Made by a program: the position numbers and the translations under genes. Of a DNA stretch of 64,000 nucleotides, positions 27,903-39,173 are shown one piece after another. Source of the DNA: Bdellovibrionales bacterium (GTDB lineage: Bacteria > Bdellovibrionota > Bdellovibrionia > Bdellovibrionales > JAGQZY01); NCBI GenBank assembly GCA_964230645.1, contig CAXRHT010000003.1, positions 224,001 through 288,000 on the forward strand, read 5' to 3'. The notes under the pieces were generated by a model. It did not search any database. It had not been told where the DNA came from and was given only the letters and a program-made list of their open reading frames with translations. How positions within the stretch are numbered: the stretch's first letter is position 1; every line of letters begins with the position of its first letter.

Positions 27903-28861
27903 GGAAATTCAAGTTCGATGGGTTTGTTAAACTTACCGGGAACCTTTTTTTCTTCATCGTTAAAAGAAACCTGCACGGCTCCGCCGTTATTAACCTTAAG
28001 CTTAATCGGTGTGGAAAAAACAAGGGTTTTGGATTCGTTACTTTTTAAAAGCATGACCTGCACAAAACCATCTGCCCAAATAATCTCTGCACGAATGGGT
28101 TCAAGAGCTGTAATAACAAGTTTGTTGTCTGATTCAACAACTGAGGACTCCTCTTCCACATCTCCTGCAAAATTGTTGTTTTCTTCAAAAGCTTTGGAAG
28201 CCGGCGGAGTCTTTTCAGAATCAGAGGTCTTAGTCTCTGTGGGTTTAGATTCCTCACTCACAGTCTTGGATTTCTCTTCAACAATATTTGTGTTGGTTTT
28301 TTCTGTAGATTCTGAAGCCGTGGCTTGATCTTGTGTTTGTTCGGTGGGATTCACTTCTTCACTAGCCGCTGTATTGAGGTCAGTTTCATCCTCTTCTTCT
28401 GTTTCAGAATACACAGAAGGTGGCAGGGCTTCCTCCTCAGAGTAGGAGTTGAGTTTCTCAATAACAAAATAGATACCAACGATGAGGCTTAAAATAACGA
28501 CAAGGCTGATAATTATACCAAGAGAGCGAGGAATCTGAAATCGGCCCACTGGCTGAGACTGGGTAAGCTCGTCATCATGCCTGGTTGAAGAAGAGGGTGT
28601 TGGCTCCTCAACGGGAAGACTCGTTTCTTCCCTGAAGGCCTCTTCACAAAATTGGTCCACTTTATCCATGTCGGCCCGAAGTTCTCTGGCATAGCTTTTG
28701 ATAAGTCCAATACAAAAGACTTTTGCTGGAAGGGCGGCCTTGTCTCCCTCCTCAATAGCAGAAAGTTTGTACTTATGAATCTTGGTTCGCTTTGCAACAT
28801 CTTCAAGATTTAAGTTTTGACTTTCTCTTAGTTTTTTTAAGTAATTACCCAGTTCTTTCAT
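27899..28861 (-). CDS. rodZ: RodZ-like protein (HTH_25 - TM - DUF4115)
   Basis: LGNYLKKLRE...IEEGD...G.IKSYAREL, a TM helix, acidic linker and C-terminal NGGAVQVSFN. Confidence 0.75.
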   Translation of the reverse strand: MKELGNYLKKLRESQNLNLEDVAKRTKIHKYKLSAIEEGDKAALPAKVFCIGLIKSYARELRADMDKVDQFCEEAFREETSLPVEEPTPSSSTRHDDELTQSQPVGRFQIPRSLGIIISLVVILSLIVGIYFVIEKLNSYSEEEALPPSVYSETEEEDETDLNTAASEEVNPTEQTQDQATASESTEKTNTNIVEEKSKTVSEESKPTETKTSDSEKTPPASKAFEENNNFAGDVEEESSVVESDNKLVITALEPIRAEIIWADGFVQVMLLKSNESKTLVFSTPIKLKVNNGGAVQVSFNDEEKKVPGKFNKPIELEFP

Positions 28862-28862
28862 T

Positions 28863-29639
28863 TTATTTTGTTTCTGTAATCTTCATTAGTTTAATCATTT
28901 CTTCAATCTTTTCACGATTGGGACCTTTAGGAAACTTTTTAAGTCCCTCTTCCAATCGAGCAATGGCTTTTTCTTTGAAGCCTAAACGGAAAAATGCAAT
29001 GGCACTATAGTAGTGCGGTTCGTCGAAGCCTTTCCTTTTACAGTGGTAGATCGCTTGATCCAAAGCTTTGGCGGCCTGCTGATACTGCTCTTTTTCTATC
29101 TGAACACGTCCGTAATAATTGTAACCCAAGCAATTGTTTCTATTAAGGCTGATCGACTTTAAAAAATAACTTTCACTTTTGTCATAGCGATTCTCGAAAA
29201 AGTAACTCAGTCCCAGGTTTAGCCAAACTTTATCTTTTGCCCCGTAAGTAAGGTCGTTGGCAGCGACACTCAGGTGCTTTCGGGCCGCGGAGTAATCGCT
29301 CATATCGATGTACACCCGTCCAAGGTTATTATGAGCCTCTGAGTATTTAGGTTTAAGATCGATGGCTTCTTTTAGGGCGACGACCGCGTGTTCGTACTCT
29401 TGTAAAAAATAATACGCAAGGCCTAGGTGATTAGAAATGAGCGCACTATCGGGGTCGAGTTCTTTAGCTATTAAAAATTGTTCAAGGGCCTCTGGTTTTT
29501 TACCTTGGGCTAAAAGATTAACCCCAAGACGAAAATGGCTGTAAGCCACCTTGTGATTGCCTTTGTCTGAAGACTGACAGGCTCCAAGAAAGACAACCAA
29601 AATTAATGTAGTTATTGGAAGTTTGATAGAGCACTGCAT
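28863..29639 (-). CDS. TPR lipoprotein, PilW/PilF/Tgl-like pilotin
   Basis: LGAC lipobox; EAHNNLG and NDLTY...WLNLG motifs; upstream of rodZ. Confidence 0.78.
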   Translation of the reverse strand: MQCSIKLPITTLILVVFLGACQSSDKGNHKVAYSHFRLGVNLLAQGKKPEALEQFLIAKELDPDSALISNHLGLAYYFLQEYEHAVVALKEAIDLKPKYSEAHNNLGRVYIDMSDYSAARKHLSVAANDLTYGAKDKVWLNLGLSYFFENRYDKSESYFLKSISLNRNNCLGYNYYGRVQIEKEQYQQAAKALDQAIYHCKRKGFDEPHYYSAIAFFRLGFKEKAIARLEEGLKKFPKGPNREKIEEMIKLMKITETK

Positions 29640-29660
29640 TTGATAAAACTATCAAATTTT

Positions 29661-30797
29661 TCAGCATTTAGCAGTGTTTGAGAGGGTGTCGCTGTGCAGA
29701 AAAGCCAGGCACTCCAGGTGGGAGGTTTGGGGAAACATATCAAAGGCTTCAATCGACTCGATAGTCCAAGCTTGCTGAGAAAGCTTTTGAAGGTCTCGTG
29801 CCAAAGTAGCCGGATGGCAACTAATATAAAGCAGGTCACTGGGTTTATTGGACTCTAAAAGTTCAAACAACTCAGGGGCACAGCCTGCTCGTGGTGGATC
29901 GATTAAAACCAGATCGTTCTCAGGGGTTAATTCACGAAAGCGTTCCACCACATCTCCGAGAAAAAATTCGAGATTGGGTCGTTTATTTTTAAGTGCTTTT
30001 TGAATATTAATGGGGTTGGAGTCAATACCAATGCAATGAACTTCTGGAAAGCGTTGAGCCAACTCGTTGGACCAATTTCCTTGGCCGCAATAGAGATCGA
30101 TAATCTTGCGAACTTTCTTCCTTTCCACAACTTCAACGACTCGATCCACAAGATTCTGGTTTTGAAGAGTATTAACTTGGCGAAAGCCTAATTTCGAATT
30201 CCCTTTTTTATCGACAGGAAAAATCTCAACTTCGCCTTGACTCATTTTTGCAAATTCATATTTGCCATTTCTTAATTTCACCCAGTTTTTGGGTTTAGAA
30301 ATAAAGTGATTGATCGCTTTGTCTGCAATAGGACATTCAGAGATTTGCACTTTTTGATGACTTCCTTTTTTAGAGTAATGAAGTCCGTCTTTGATTTTGT
30401 GGAGCTGAATGCGGTTGCGATAATTCCAAATCTCAGGGCTTTGAACAATTTCAGTCACTAAACTCTGACCATCTATCTTACCAACTCTTTCAAGTGTTTG
30501 GATGAGATTTTCTTTTTTCCAGTACAGCTGCTTTTCATAGGGAAGGTGTTGCCAATCACAACCACCACAAGTTCCAAAATAAGGACAGGGCGCAGTTTTA
30601 CGTTCATCGGCAGCTGAAATGATTTTTAAGATCTTGGCTGTTGCAAAATTCTTTTTCGATTGGGTAATCTCGACAAGAAGTTCATCGCCTGGACAGGCGA
30701 AGGGAATAAAGACAACTTTGTCATTAATGCGGCCAACTCCATCTCCAGAGTTGGCCACTGCAGTGACGACAACGGTTTGTTGTTCACCCTTGGTCAC
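29661..30797 (-). CDS. TRAM-domain RNA m5U methyltransferase (RlmD/TrmA family)
   Basis: CPYFGTCGGC, DLYCGQG, DPPRAG, YISCHPATLARD, DMFPQTSHLE. Confidence 0.92.
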   Translation of the reverse strand: MTKGEQQTVVVTAVANSGDGVGRINDKVVFIPFACPGDELLVEITQSKKNFATAKILKIISAADERKTAPCPYFGTCGGCDWQHLPYEKQLYWKKENLIQTLERVGKIDGQSLVTEIVQSPEIWNYRNRIQLHKIKDGLHYSKKGSHQKVQISECPIADKAINHFISKPKNWVKLRNGKYEFAKMSQGEVEIFPVDKKGNSKLGFRQVNTLQNQNLVDRVVEVVERKKVRKIIDLYCGQGNWSNELAQRFPEVHCIGIDSNPINIQKALKNKRPNLEFFLGDVVERFRELTPENDLVLIDPPRAGCAPELFELLESNKPSDLLYISCHPATLARDLQKLSQQAWTIESIEAFDMFPQTSHLECLAFLHSDTLSNTAKC

Positions 30798-31220
30798 TTA
30801 TTTGTTTACGATCTCATGCTCTTCAAAGAAAAGTCCAAGTTCTCTTTGAGCACTCTCAGGGCTGTCACTTCCGTGCACAGCGTTTTCACCAACACTATCA
30901 CCAAATTCTTTACGAATGGTTCCAGCTTCGGCGTCTGCGGGATTCGTGGCACCCATCACTTCACGGTTTTTAGCGATGGCGTTGTCGCCACTTAAAGCCA
31001 TTAGAAGAACGGGACCAGAAGTCATAAAAGAAACAAGTTCTCCGAAGAAGGGGCGCTCTTTATGCTCAGCATAGAACTCCTCACATTGCTGCTTTGTCAA
31101 TTGGGTCATTTTTGCAGCAGCAATTTTAAGTCCATTGCTCTCGAACTTATTAATAATGGCACCAATGGCATTTTTTTTCATCGCATTGGGTTTGATAATT
31201 GAAAAAGTCACTTCACTCAT
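30798..31220 (-). CDS. ndk: Nucleoside diphosphate kinase
   Basis: [24 protein letters not shown]. Confidence 0.98.
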   Translation of the reverse strand: MSEVTFSIIKPNAMKKNAIGAIINKFESNGLKIAAAKMTQLTKQQCEEFYAEHKERPFFGELVSFMTSGPVLLMALSGDNAIAKNREVMGATNPADAEAGTIRKEFGDSVGENAVHGSDSPESAQRELGLFFEEHEIVNK

Positions 31221-31231
31221 TTTGGTCTCCT

Positions 31232-32098
31232 TTATAGACTAGCTTTCAGTGTTGTTCCAAGATCAGCGGGGCTTTTTGAAATAGAGCAGCCGGCACTTTG
31301 AAGGGCTTCAAACTTACCTTCGGCTGTTCCTTTTCCACCACTTACAATAGCTCCCGCGTGTCCCATGCGCTTTCCTTTTGGAGCCGTGGCTCCAGCAATA
31401 AAACATGTCACGGGTTTTTTGAATTCTCTTTTAATGTATTCAGCCGCTTCTTCTTCGGCAGAGCCACCAATTTCTCCGATCATGATCACAGCATCGGTGT
31501 CTTTGTCGGCATTGTACATTTCAAGGACATCAATAAAATTGGTTCCGTTCACGGGGTCACCACCAATTCCCACACAAGTACTTTGGCCCAAACCTTGGGC
31601 GGTTAACTGATGAACCGCTTCATAAGTGAGAGTTCCAGAGCGGCTTAACACTCCAATGCGGCCTTCTTTATGAATGTGGCCTGGCATAATCCCAATTTTG
31701 CATTGTCCGGGGGTGATAACACCTGGACAGTTAGGTCCGATTAGGCGAGTTTTCTTTCCTTTCATATAGGCTTTAACCTTCACCATGTCGTTAATAGGGA
31801 TTCCCTCAGTAATACAAATAGCAAGAGGAATCTCGGCATCGACAGCTTCCATAATAGCATCAGCAGCAAAAGCAGGCGGTACATAAATAACCGTAGCGTT
31901 GGCACCGGTTTTCTCGACGGCTTCGTGAGTGGAATTAAAAACAGGAAGGTCCAAGTGGTTTGTGCCGCCCTTTCCTGGAGTGACTCCTCCTACCATTTGA
32001 GTGCCGTACTTTATGGCTTGTTCGGTGTGAAAAGTCCCCTGGGAACCAGTGATTCCTTGGCAAATAACCTTTGTGTTCTTATCAATCATAATGGCCAT
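31232..32098 (-). CDS. sucD: Succinyl-CoA synthetase alpha subunit
   Basis: QGITG, GPNCPG, MGHAGA. Confidence 0.98.
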   Translation of the reverse strand: MAIMIDKNTKVICQGITGSQGTFHTEQAIKYGTQMVGGVTPGKGGTNHLDLPVFNSTHEAVEKTGANATVIYVPPAFAADAIMEAVDAEIPLAICITEGIPINDMVKVKAYMKGKKTRLIGPNCPGVITPGQCKIGIMPGHIHKEGRIGVLSRSGTLTYEAVHQLTAQGLGQSTCVGIGGDPVNGTNFIDVLEMYNADKDTDAVIMIGEIGGSAEEEAAEYIKREFKKPVTCFIAGATAPKGKRMGHAGAIVSGGKGTAEGKFEALQSAGCSISKSPADLGTTLKASL

Positions 32099-32100
32099 GG

Positions 32101-33267
32101 TTACGCTCCCTTCACAGCATTGGTAATTTTTTCTGCAGCATCTGTTAAAGAGTCTGCTGGAGTTACGTTGAGATCACTATCAGAAAGTATTTTCTTTCCT
32201 TCCTCTACATTGGTTCCCTGTAAACGCACAACCAAAGGAACATTGAGGCCTACTTCTTTAACGGCCGCGATCACACCTTCAGCAATGATGTCACATTTCA
32301 TGATTCCACCAAAAATATTTACAAGAATGCCTTTAACATTGGGATCTTTAAGAATGATTTTAAAGGCAGCAATAACATTTTCCTTGGTCGCACCACCTCC
32401 AACATCAAGAAAGTTGGCGGGCTCGGCACCATGAAGCTTAATAATATCCATGGTGGCCATAGCTAGACCGGCACCATTGACAAGGCAGCCGATATTTCCA
32501 TCAAGCTTAATGAAAGCCAAATCAAACTTCGAAGCTTCCACTTCAGCGGGATCTTCTTCAGAAAGGTCGCGAAGCTCAGCAATGTCCTTATGGCGATAAA
32601 GAGCATTGGAATCGAAATTCATTTTTGCATCAAGCGCCATAACGTCGCCCTCTTTGGTTGTCACAAGCGGATTGATTTCAACCATGGCGCAGTCTTCTTT
32701 CATATAAATCTCATAAAGACCTTTGAAATATCCAGCGGCTTTAATCGCCTGTTTGCCTTCAAAACCGAGTTTAAAAGCTAGTTGACGGGCTTGAAAGTCG
32801 GGCATGCCAAAAGCGGGATCGACATTGACAGTATGGATGGCCTCAGGTGTTTTCTCGGCCACTTCTTCGATATTCACTCCACCCTCACTACTGGCCATAA
32901 TAGAAATCTGAGAAGTTTCACGATCCAAAAAGACAGCGCAGTAATATTCTTTATCGATATTACAACCTTGTTCGATATAGACTTTTTGAACTTCTTTTCC
33001 CTCGGGGCCGGTTTGGTGAGTCACAAGGTTCATTCCGATGATTTCTTTGGTAAGAGACTCCACTTCTTCAAGAGATTTAGCGATTTTTACACCGCCCCCT
33101 TTACCACGGCCACCGGCGTGAATTTGGGCTTTGACCACCCAAAGGTCACCACCGAGCGCGCGAGCCGCTTCCACGGCCTCTTCGGCATTGTTCGCTATTT
33201 GTCCCTTCAGAACGGGAAGATTGTATTTTCTAAAAATTTCTTTGGCTTGATACTCATGTATATTCAT
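32101..33267 (-). CDS. sucC: Succinyl-CoA synthetase beta subunit
   Basis: [34 protein letters not shown]. Confidence 0.98.
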   Translation of the reverse strand: MNIHEYQAKEIFRKYNLPVLKGQIANNAEEAVEAARALGGDLWVVKAQIHAGGRGKGGGVKIAKSLEEVESLTKEIIGMNLVTHQTGPEGKEVQKVYIEQGCNIDKEYYCAVFLDRETSQISIMASSEGGVNIEEVAEKTPEAIHTVNVDPAFGMPDFQARQLAFKLGFEGKQAIKAAGYFKGLYEIYMKEDCAMVEINPLVTTKEGDVMALDAKMNFDSNALYRHKDIAELRDLSEEDPAEVEASKFDLAFIKLDGNIGCLVNGAGLAMATMDIIKLHGAEPANFLDVGGGATKENVIAAFKIILKDPNVKGILVNIFGGIMKCDIIAEGVIAAVKEVGLNVPLVVRLQGTNVEEGKKILSDSDLNVTPADSLTDAAEKITNAVKGA

Positions 33268-33276
33268 TTCACTTCC

Positions 33277-34221
33277 TTAGTAATCCAAGTTTTTCAAAGC
33301 ACTGAGCAGTTCTTCAACATGTTTTTGGGAGTTTTCAAGTCCCGCTTTTTCTTCGTCGTTTAATTTGAGTTCGATGACTTTTTCCAGACCGTTTTTACCC
33401 AACTGGCAAGGAACACCGATAAACATTCCATTGATGCCGTATTCCCCTTCGAGAAAAGCGGCACAAGGGAGAATGCGATTCTGGTCTTTAAGAATGGCCT
33501 CAGCCATTTCAACCGCACTGGCAGAAGGGGCGTAATAAGCCGAACCGGTTTTAAGCAGGCCAACAATCTCGGCTCCACCTTTGCGAGTTCTTTCCACCAA
33601 AGCATCGATTTTGTCTTTAGAGAGCATCTCAGTCAGAGGAACGCCACCAAGAGAGCAGTGGCGAGGCATTGGAACCATGGTATCTCCATGTCCACCCAGA
33701 ACAAAAGCCTGAATGTCTTTTACGCTGATCCCTGTTTCCTCAGCGATGAAAGAGCGAAATCGAGCACTATCGAGAATTCCAGCCATACCGATGATTCGGT
33801 TCTTTGGGAAATCGAGAGTTTCTTTGGCGACCATGGCCATGGCATCCAGAGGATTGGAAACAACGATCACAGTGGCATTAGGGGCATTTTCTTTAATACC
33901 CAAGCAAACATTTTTCATGATCTTCGCGTTGGAGGCGAGTAGATCGTCACGACTCATCCCTGGCTTACGGGGCAAACCGGCTGTGATGATCACGATATCG
34001 GAATCAGCCGTGTCTTTGTAATCAGCGGTTCCAATGACTCGGCTATCGAAACCTTCAACAGGAGAGGCTTCAAAGAGATCAAGGGCCTTTCCTTTTGCGG
34101 AGCCTTCATTGATATCAAGAAGGACCACATCTCCCAACTCTTTGCTGGCAGCCCAGTGAGCGCACGTGGAGCCCACAAATCCGGCACCAACTACAGTTAT
34201 CTTCTTCCTCGTATGACTCAT
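33277..34221 (-). CDS. mdh: Malate dehydrogenase (LDH-like)
   Basis: [37 protein letters not shown] before ATG 34221. Confidence 0.97.
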   Translation of the reverse strand: MSHTRKKITVVGAGFVGSTCAHWAASKELGDVVLLDINEGSAKGKALDLFEASPVEGFDSRVIGTADYKDTADSDIVIITAGLPRKPGMSRDDLLASNAKIMKNVCLGIKENAPNATVIVVSNPLDAMAMVAKETLDFPKNRIIGMAGILDSARFRSFIAEETGISVKDIQAFVLGGHGDTMVPMPRHCSLGGVPLTEMLSKDKIDALVERTRKGGAEIVGLLKTGSAYYAPSASAVEMAEAILKDQNRILPCAAFLEGEYGINGMFIGVPCQLGKNGLEKVIELKLNDEEKAGLENSQKHVEELLSALKNLDY

Positions 34222-34526
34222 TCGTTCCTCCTTCGAAACCGGCAAAACTCCAAGCGGGAGCTATATATAAAGAAAAATTTTTTGTATCATCCCTTCTTAT
34301 ACTCAAGTGCCCGGTCAAGTAAACCCATCCAACAAAATTCCTACAAAGATAGGGGTTTATGACGTCGTGCGAATAGAGTGACCCTTTCCGAGGAAATGCA
34401 CAATGAATCGAGAATGAAAGTCTATTGAACACAATCCTTCTGGTCCTCAACCAAACATTAGTTTAGAATTGAGTGAATTCACCGGAGAGAGGCTCGTCCT
34501 CTTTGAATTTACAAAAGTGAGGTCTC

Positions 34527-35294
34527 ATGGGCAGGGAAGCCCCTTTGATAGAACTGGATTCTGTTTCCTTGAACTTTGGTTCTGTGAAAATTTTAGAAAA
34601 TTTCAATCTCGCTATTAAAAAAGGGGAGTCATTGGTGCTCGTAGGCCCTAGCGGTAGCGGCAAAAGCACTCTGTTAAAACTGATGGCAGGCCTGTTGTCT
34701 CCCCAAGAAGGGACAGTTAACTATCGTGGAACCTCACTTTCAACGCTGAGCAAAATAAAGCGAGCGCAGTTTTTGTCTGAGGTGGGGATGTTGTTTCAAC
34801 AAAATGCACTTTTTGATTCCATGACGGTCTTTGAAAACCTTCATTTTGTTCTCTCTGAGGTAAAACCAAAAGCGCCTGAACCGAGTAAAAAGGAAGAGAT
34901 TTTTAATTTACTTGAAGCCGTCGGCCTAGACCATGTTCCCGATAATTTCCCCGGAGAATTGAGTGGAGGAATGCAGAAGCGATTAGGTATCGCTCGAGCC
35001 CTCGTCGTGCGGCCTCAGTTGGTATTCTACGACGATCCCACAGCAGGGCTGGACCCCATCACGAGCCGAAAAATCATAGCTATGATTCTTGAGTTAAAAA
35101 ACAAATGGGATGGAACCATAGTCACAGTGACAAACGATATGATGAGAGCTTTTCAGCTTGCTGGACAAATCATGCTTTGCTTTCCTGAAGAATTCATTCT
35201 GACAGGCAATGAGGCTCAAACTCGCAATCACCCGGATCCACGTGTGCAGCAGTTTATCACCGGGAGAGTGCAGGGCCCCTTGGAGGCCTTGTGA
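34527..35294 (+). CDS. MlaF/Mkl-like ABC ATPase, degenerate copy
   Basis: GPSGSGKS and LSGGMQKR present; Walker B reads YDDP and H-loop reads VTND. Confidence 0.88.
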   Translation: MGREAPLIELDSVSLNFGSVKILENFNLAIKKGESLVLVGPSGSGKSTLLKLMAGLLSPQEGTVNYRGTSLSTLSKIKRAQFLSEVGMLFQQNALFDSMTVFENLHFVLSEVKPKAPEPSKKEEIFNLLEAVGLDHVPDNFPGELSGGMQKRLGIARALVVRPQLVFYDDPTAGLDPITSRKIIAMILELKNKWDGTIVTVTNDMMRAFQLAGQIMLCFPEEFILTGNEAQTRNHPDPRVQQFITGRVQGPLEAL

Positions 35295-36019
35295 TCGAGT
35301 TTACAAATGTAACCAAAAGCTTTGGGAAGCGGACGATCTTAAAAGATCTCAGCCTAAAAATACCGACAGGAAAGATTGTTTTTATTTTAGGAGTTTCAGG
35401 GACCGGAAAGTCGGTACTACTCAAAAATATCGTAGGACTTCTAAAGCCCGATAGTGGCACGATTCAGGTCGATAAGTTTTCAGTCCACGCTATGAATGAG
35501 ATGGAGATGATGGAAGTTCGAAAAGTTTGCGGAATGGTTTTTCAACAGCCGGCTCTTTTTGATTTTTTAGATGTCTTTGAAAATGTCGCTTACGGACTCC
35601 GACGTCATTTTGATCTTGATGAGAGTTTGATACAGGAAAAAGTAAAAGAGAGTCTTCGACTCGTCGGTTTAAGTGGAATCGAAACCAAATGGCCTCATGA
35701 GCTATCCTACGGCATGAAAAAGAGGGTGAGTTTGGCTCGTACCGTGGCTTTAAGACCAAAAATTCTCCTGTTTGATGAGCCAACAACGGGCTTGGACCCC
35801 ATTTCCACCAATCGAGTCAATGAATTGATTCTTAATTTGTCAAAGGACCTGGGAACGACTTCCGTAGTGGTCAGTCATGATATGGAAAGTGCATTGCGTG
35901 TCGCAGATCACATTATCGTCCTTGATGGTGGGGGACTCCTCACCCAAGGATCCCCAGAGGACATGAAAAACAGCCAAGTTCCTTTGGTTAAGGACTTTCT
36001 TAGTGAGGTCACTTTATGA
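35291..36019 (+). CDS. mlaF: MlaF-like ABC ATPase
   Basis: GVSGTGKS, LSYGMKKR, FDEPTTGLDP, VSHD. Confidence 0.88.
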   Translation: MIEFTNVTKSFGKRTILKDLSLKIPTGKIVFILGVSGTGKSVLLKNIVGLLKPDSGTIQVDKFSVHAMNEMEMMEVRKVCGMVFQQPALFDFLDVFENVAYGLRRHFDLDESLIQEKVKESLRLVGLSGIETKWPHELSYGMKKRVSLARTVALRPKILLFDEPTTGLDPISTNRVNELILNLSKDLGTTSVVVSHDMESALRVADHIIVLDGGGLLTQGSPEDMKNSQVPLVKDFLSEVTL

Positions 36020-36774
36020 TTGTTTATAATTTTCTTCATGGTTTAGGGGATACACTGATCTACTTTAGTGAAGTTGTTAAGAGATCCTCGTTCACAAAGT
36101 CGCGAAGAGAAGAAATATTTAGTAAAAGTCTTGAGGTCATAGCTCAGAGTTTGGTCACAACACTTTTTGCCGGTTTTTTTGTGGGCGCCATAATGACTCT
36201 TCAGTTTACATTGCAAATGAAAATGTTTAGTGCTCTTTCCTATTTAGGGGCTCTTGTAACAAGCGCGACCGTTCGTGAGGTCGGCCCTCTCCTTATTGCT
36301 TTCTTATTAAGTGGAAAAATTGGAGCTTTTACTTCCGCTGAGCTAGGAACCATGAAAGTGAGCGAGCAGATTGATGCCATTCGATGCCTGGGGGCGGATC
36401 CTTTAAAAGAGGTGATCGTTCCACGTTTTTTAGGAATTATTGTCGCAAGTTTTTTTCTCCTTACAGTGGGCCTGCTATTTTCCTTCGCCGGAGGATTATT
36501 GATGGCAACAACATTTAGCGATCTTCCGTGGGAGCAGTACATTACCCACATTCCAAGAGTCGTTAATCAGTTCTCCATAGCCAGTGGTATCGTGAAGTGT
36601 TTTTTGTTTGCCATTGTCATTGCGACTCTTTGTACCTACAGAGGTTATAAAGTCATCGGCGGCGCTCGTGAGGTGGGAGAAGGTGTGGTCATGGCCGCGA
36701 CTCAAACGATGATAGCCCTTGTTTTTGCCGACTGGTTCAGTAGTTTTGTTCTCGAGGGAGTCTTTAATGGGTAA
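36016..36774 (+). CDS. mlaE: MlaE-family permease
   Basis: REVGP, AELGTMKVSEQIDA, GGAREVG. Confidence 0.9.
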   Translation: MIVYNFLHGLGDTLIYFSEVVKRSSFTKSRREEIFSKSLEVIAQSLVTTLFAGFFVGAIMTLQFTLQMKMFSALSYLGALVTSATVREVGPLLIAFLLSGKIGAFTSAELGTMKVSEQIDAIRCLGADPLKEVIVPRFLGIIVASFFLLTVGLLFSFAGGLLMATTFSDLPWEQYITHIPRVVNQFSIASGIVKCFLFAIVIATLCTYRGYKVIGGAREVGEGVVMAATQTMIALVFADWFSSFVLEGVFNG

Positions 36775-37501
36775 AACCAGTTTCCTATCCCTATGTTTTC
36801 AAACAGGACTGAGTTTTTTTACCTCAGGATTGAGACTAAAGGTCTTCATACAGCAGCTCGACAAGTTGGCCTTTCGTAGTCTCAATATCATTGTAGTCTG
36901 TGTATCATTTGCTGCCGCGGTGACAATTCTGGAAGCCTCTTTTCATATGAAGCTCGTTTTACACGATGACAGTTTGGTTCCAGGTTTTGCTTCCATGCTT
37001 ATCGTGCGTGAGCTAGCTGTGGTGGTGATGTCACTCCTTTTAGCGGCTAAAATAGGGGCTGGTATGGCCGCTGAAGTGGGGCAGATGAAAATTTCCGAAC
37101 AAATAGACGCCTTAAAACTTTTGGGAATTAATCCCTTTAATTACCTTGTCTTACCTCGTTTCGTTGCCTGTGTGGTTGGTGGCATCCTATTGGCAGTTAT
37201 TGCAAACGCGGTCTGCTTGATTACCGCGGCACTTGTAACCACTATCAGTCTTGATCAAAGTTTTGGCTTTTTTCAGGCGGCCTTTAGAAGATTTGTTATG
37301 ATGCAAGACCTTAGCTTCTCGGTTTTAAAAGGAATGATCTTTTGTGGGGTGATTCCTCTCATTAGTTGCTATTTTGGTTTCATCTGCGAGCCAGGAGCTC
37401 ATGGCGTTGGCCGCGCGACAACAAAAAGTGTTGTTTCTTCCTCAATTGCTATAATCGTATTAGACTTTTTATTAACACTGACCTTTTCATTTTTTTACTG
37501 A
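36767..37501 (+). CDS. MlaE-family permease, second copy
   Basis: RELA, AEVGQMKISEQIDAL, GAHGVGRATT. Confidence 0.88.
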   Translation: MGKTSFLSLCFQTGLSFFTSGLRLKVFIQQLDKLAFRSLNIIVVCVSFAAAVTILEASFHMKLVLHDDSLVPGFASMLIVRELAVVVMSLLLAAKIGAGMAAEVGQMKISEQIDALKLLGINPFNYLVLPRFVACVVGGILLAVIANAVCLITAALVTTISLDQSFGFFQAAFRRFVMMQDLSFSVLKGMIFCGVIPLISCYFGFICEPGAHGVGRATTKSVVSSSIAIIVLDFLLTLTFSFFY

Positions 37502-37509
37502 GAGAGTGC

Positions 37510-38289
37510 ATGAGTTCACAAATTAAAATCGCCATTTTATTTCTTTTAGCTGGACTTTCCATAGTGGTTTTCGTGATGTTTTTGGGAAAATTTGAAATCC
37601 TGGGGAATTACCAGCGCATGATTGTAGCCTACAACTTTGTTGGAGGCCTAGAAGAGGGTTCCCATGTTCGGTTAATGGGAGTGAAGGTCGGTAAAGTGGA
37701 AAAGGTCGAGTTCAAACCCAATTACAAGACCGCTCAGGGCGAAGAGGTCAAACTTCATATTCACATCAAAGTGGAGGACAAAGCTTGGGCGGTGATTCGG
37801 CAGGATAGTGATTATTTCATTAATATGGCAGGAATTATCGGAGAGAAGTATCTTGAGATATCTCCAGGACATAGTGATTCTCCGAAGATTAAGCCAGGAG
37901 ATATTGTGCGCGGAACGGATCCACCCCGGGTCGACCAGTTGATCTCCCAAGGCTATGCCCTCGCGGGGAAAATCCTTTCAGTGGTTGAGGACAATGAGGG
38001 TTCAGTCACTGATACTATTGGCTCGATTAGCGATCTGGTGAAGTCTCTTAATAAAGTTCTCGCTACAATTGATAAAATTACCACGAATCGTGAATATCGT
38101 GATTTGGTACAAAAAATTAACTCCCTCAGTGGCGAAATGACCGTCCTTTTAAGGGATGCCAATAAAGGCAATATCCGTGATACCCTCACAACCATGAGAA
38201 ATTTGCTTAAGAAACTGGATAAAATAGAAGAAAAAGAACTTCGAGAATTCCTGCAAGAAGAGGGAATTAAAGCACGGGTGGCACTATGA
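37510..38289 (+). CDS. mlaD: MCE/MlaD domain protein
   Basis: GLEEGSHVRLMGVKVGKV, GIIGEKYLEISPG and a helical tail; ATG at 37510. Confidence 0.9.
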   Translation: MSSQIKIAILFLLAGLSIVVFVMFLGKFEILGNYQRMIVAYNFVGGLEEGSHVRLMGVKVGKVEKVEFKPNYKTAQGEEVKLHIHIKVEDKAWAVIRQDSDYFINMAGIIGEKYLEISPGHSDSPKIKPGDIVRGTDPPRVDQLISQGYALAGKILSVVEDNEGSVTDTIGSISDLVKSLNKVLATIDKITTNREYRDLVQKINSLSGEMTVLLRDANKGNIRDTLTTMRNLLKKLDKIEEKELREFLQEEGIKARVAL

Positions 38290-38918
38290 AACATCTATCT
38301 AGCTTTTTATTTTCGCTTTTCCTACTGTTTTCAACCTCCGCTCAAGGCGAGGCTATTTTATGGGGAGAATCAGAACCCGCGCCGCGGGCCTCTTCCAGCC
38401 GATTTGACTATGATGAGACCCCAAAAGCTCAGGAGGTCTCAGGATTTTGGCAGACTCGCAAAGTCTCTTTGGGAGTTGCAACGGCTGGTGCTTTTGGAAT
38501 CGGCGGAGCACTCCTAGGCATTCATTTTCATCCTCAGTGGGCTGTTGATCTTGGTTTTGGGGGTGGAAGTCACTTTCAGTCTTTCGGATTTAGAGTTAAG
38601 CGCACCATGCTTAAGTCTTCACCTTTGAATCCTTATGTGGCTCTGGGTTTTCAGCGATGGGAGAGAACAACGACTCGCCCGATTAATTCTAACGATATCC
38701 GTCCAGGTTATGTCGCCAGTGAATTTATGTCTGTTTCCGATCGCCGATTAGGAAATATCGATGAAAAGCTGATCTTAGGCTCTCTTGGTTTACAATATGT
38801 GTTCACATCCGGTGATTGGACGGGATACGGATTATTTGTCGAGGCCATTTACCTGGTGTCTGCAGAAGATTTAGATTCAGCACCGACGGCTTCACTTGGA
38901 TTTAACTATTTTTTCTAA
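38286..38918 (+). CDS. Putative small outer-membrane beta-barrel protein
   Basis: Signal peptide, amphipathic strands and terminal FNYFF; overlaps the mlaD stop. Confidence 0.65.
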   Translation: MKHLSSFLFSLFLLFSTSAQGEAILWGESEPAPRASSSRFDYDETPKAQEVSGFWQTRKVSLGVATAGAFGIGGALLGIHFHPQWAVDLGFGGGSHFQSFGFRVKRTMLKSSPLNPYVALGFQRWERTTTRPINSNDIRPGYVASEFMSVSDRRLGNIDEKLILGSLGLQYVFTSGDWTGYGLFVEAIYLVSAEDLDSAPTASLGFNYFF

Positions 38919-39173
38919 TTTTTAGGGTGAAAGTGCCTTTTTATGGGATTGAACTCTATTCTTTCAGTGGTTTCCTCTATATATAAGCTGCTAGAAGTCC
39001 CTTAAAGCTTTCCATTGAGTTCTCCTGCGCCCAATAGCAAAAATTGTGGGTTTGATTCCTTCTCGGTCTTTCTGAGCCTTATTAGCCTATCTTGAGCTCA
39101 AGGAATCGAATAGTTGGCCGAGAGGCTTCTCGGTAAAAATCAGAGGTTGGCCCTTTTCTGCGCAGAAAAAGGC

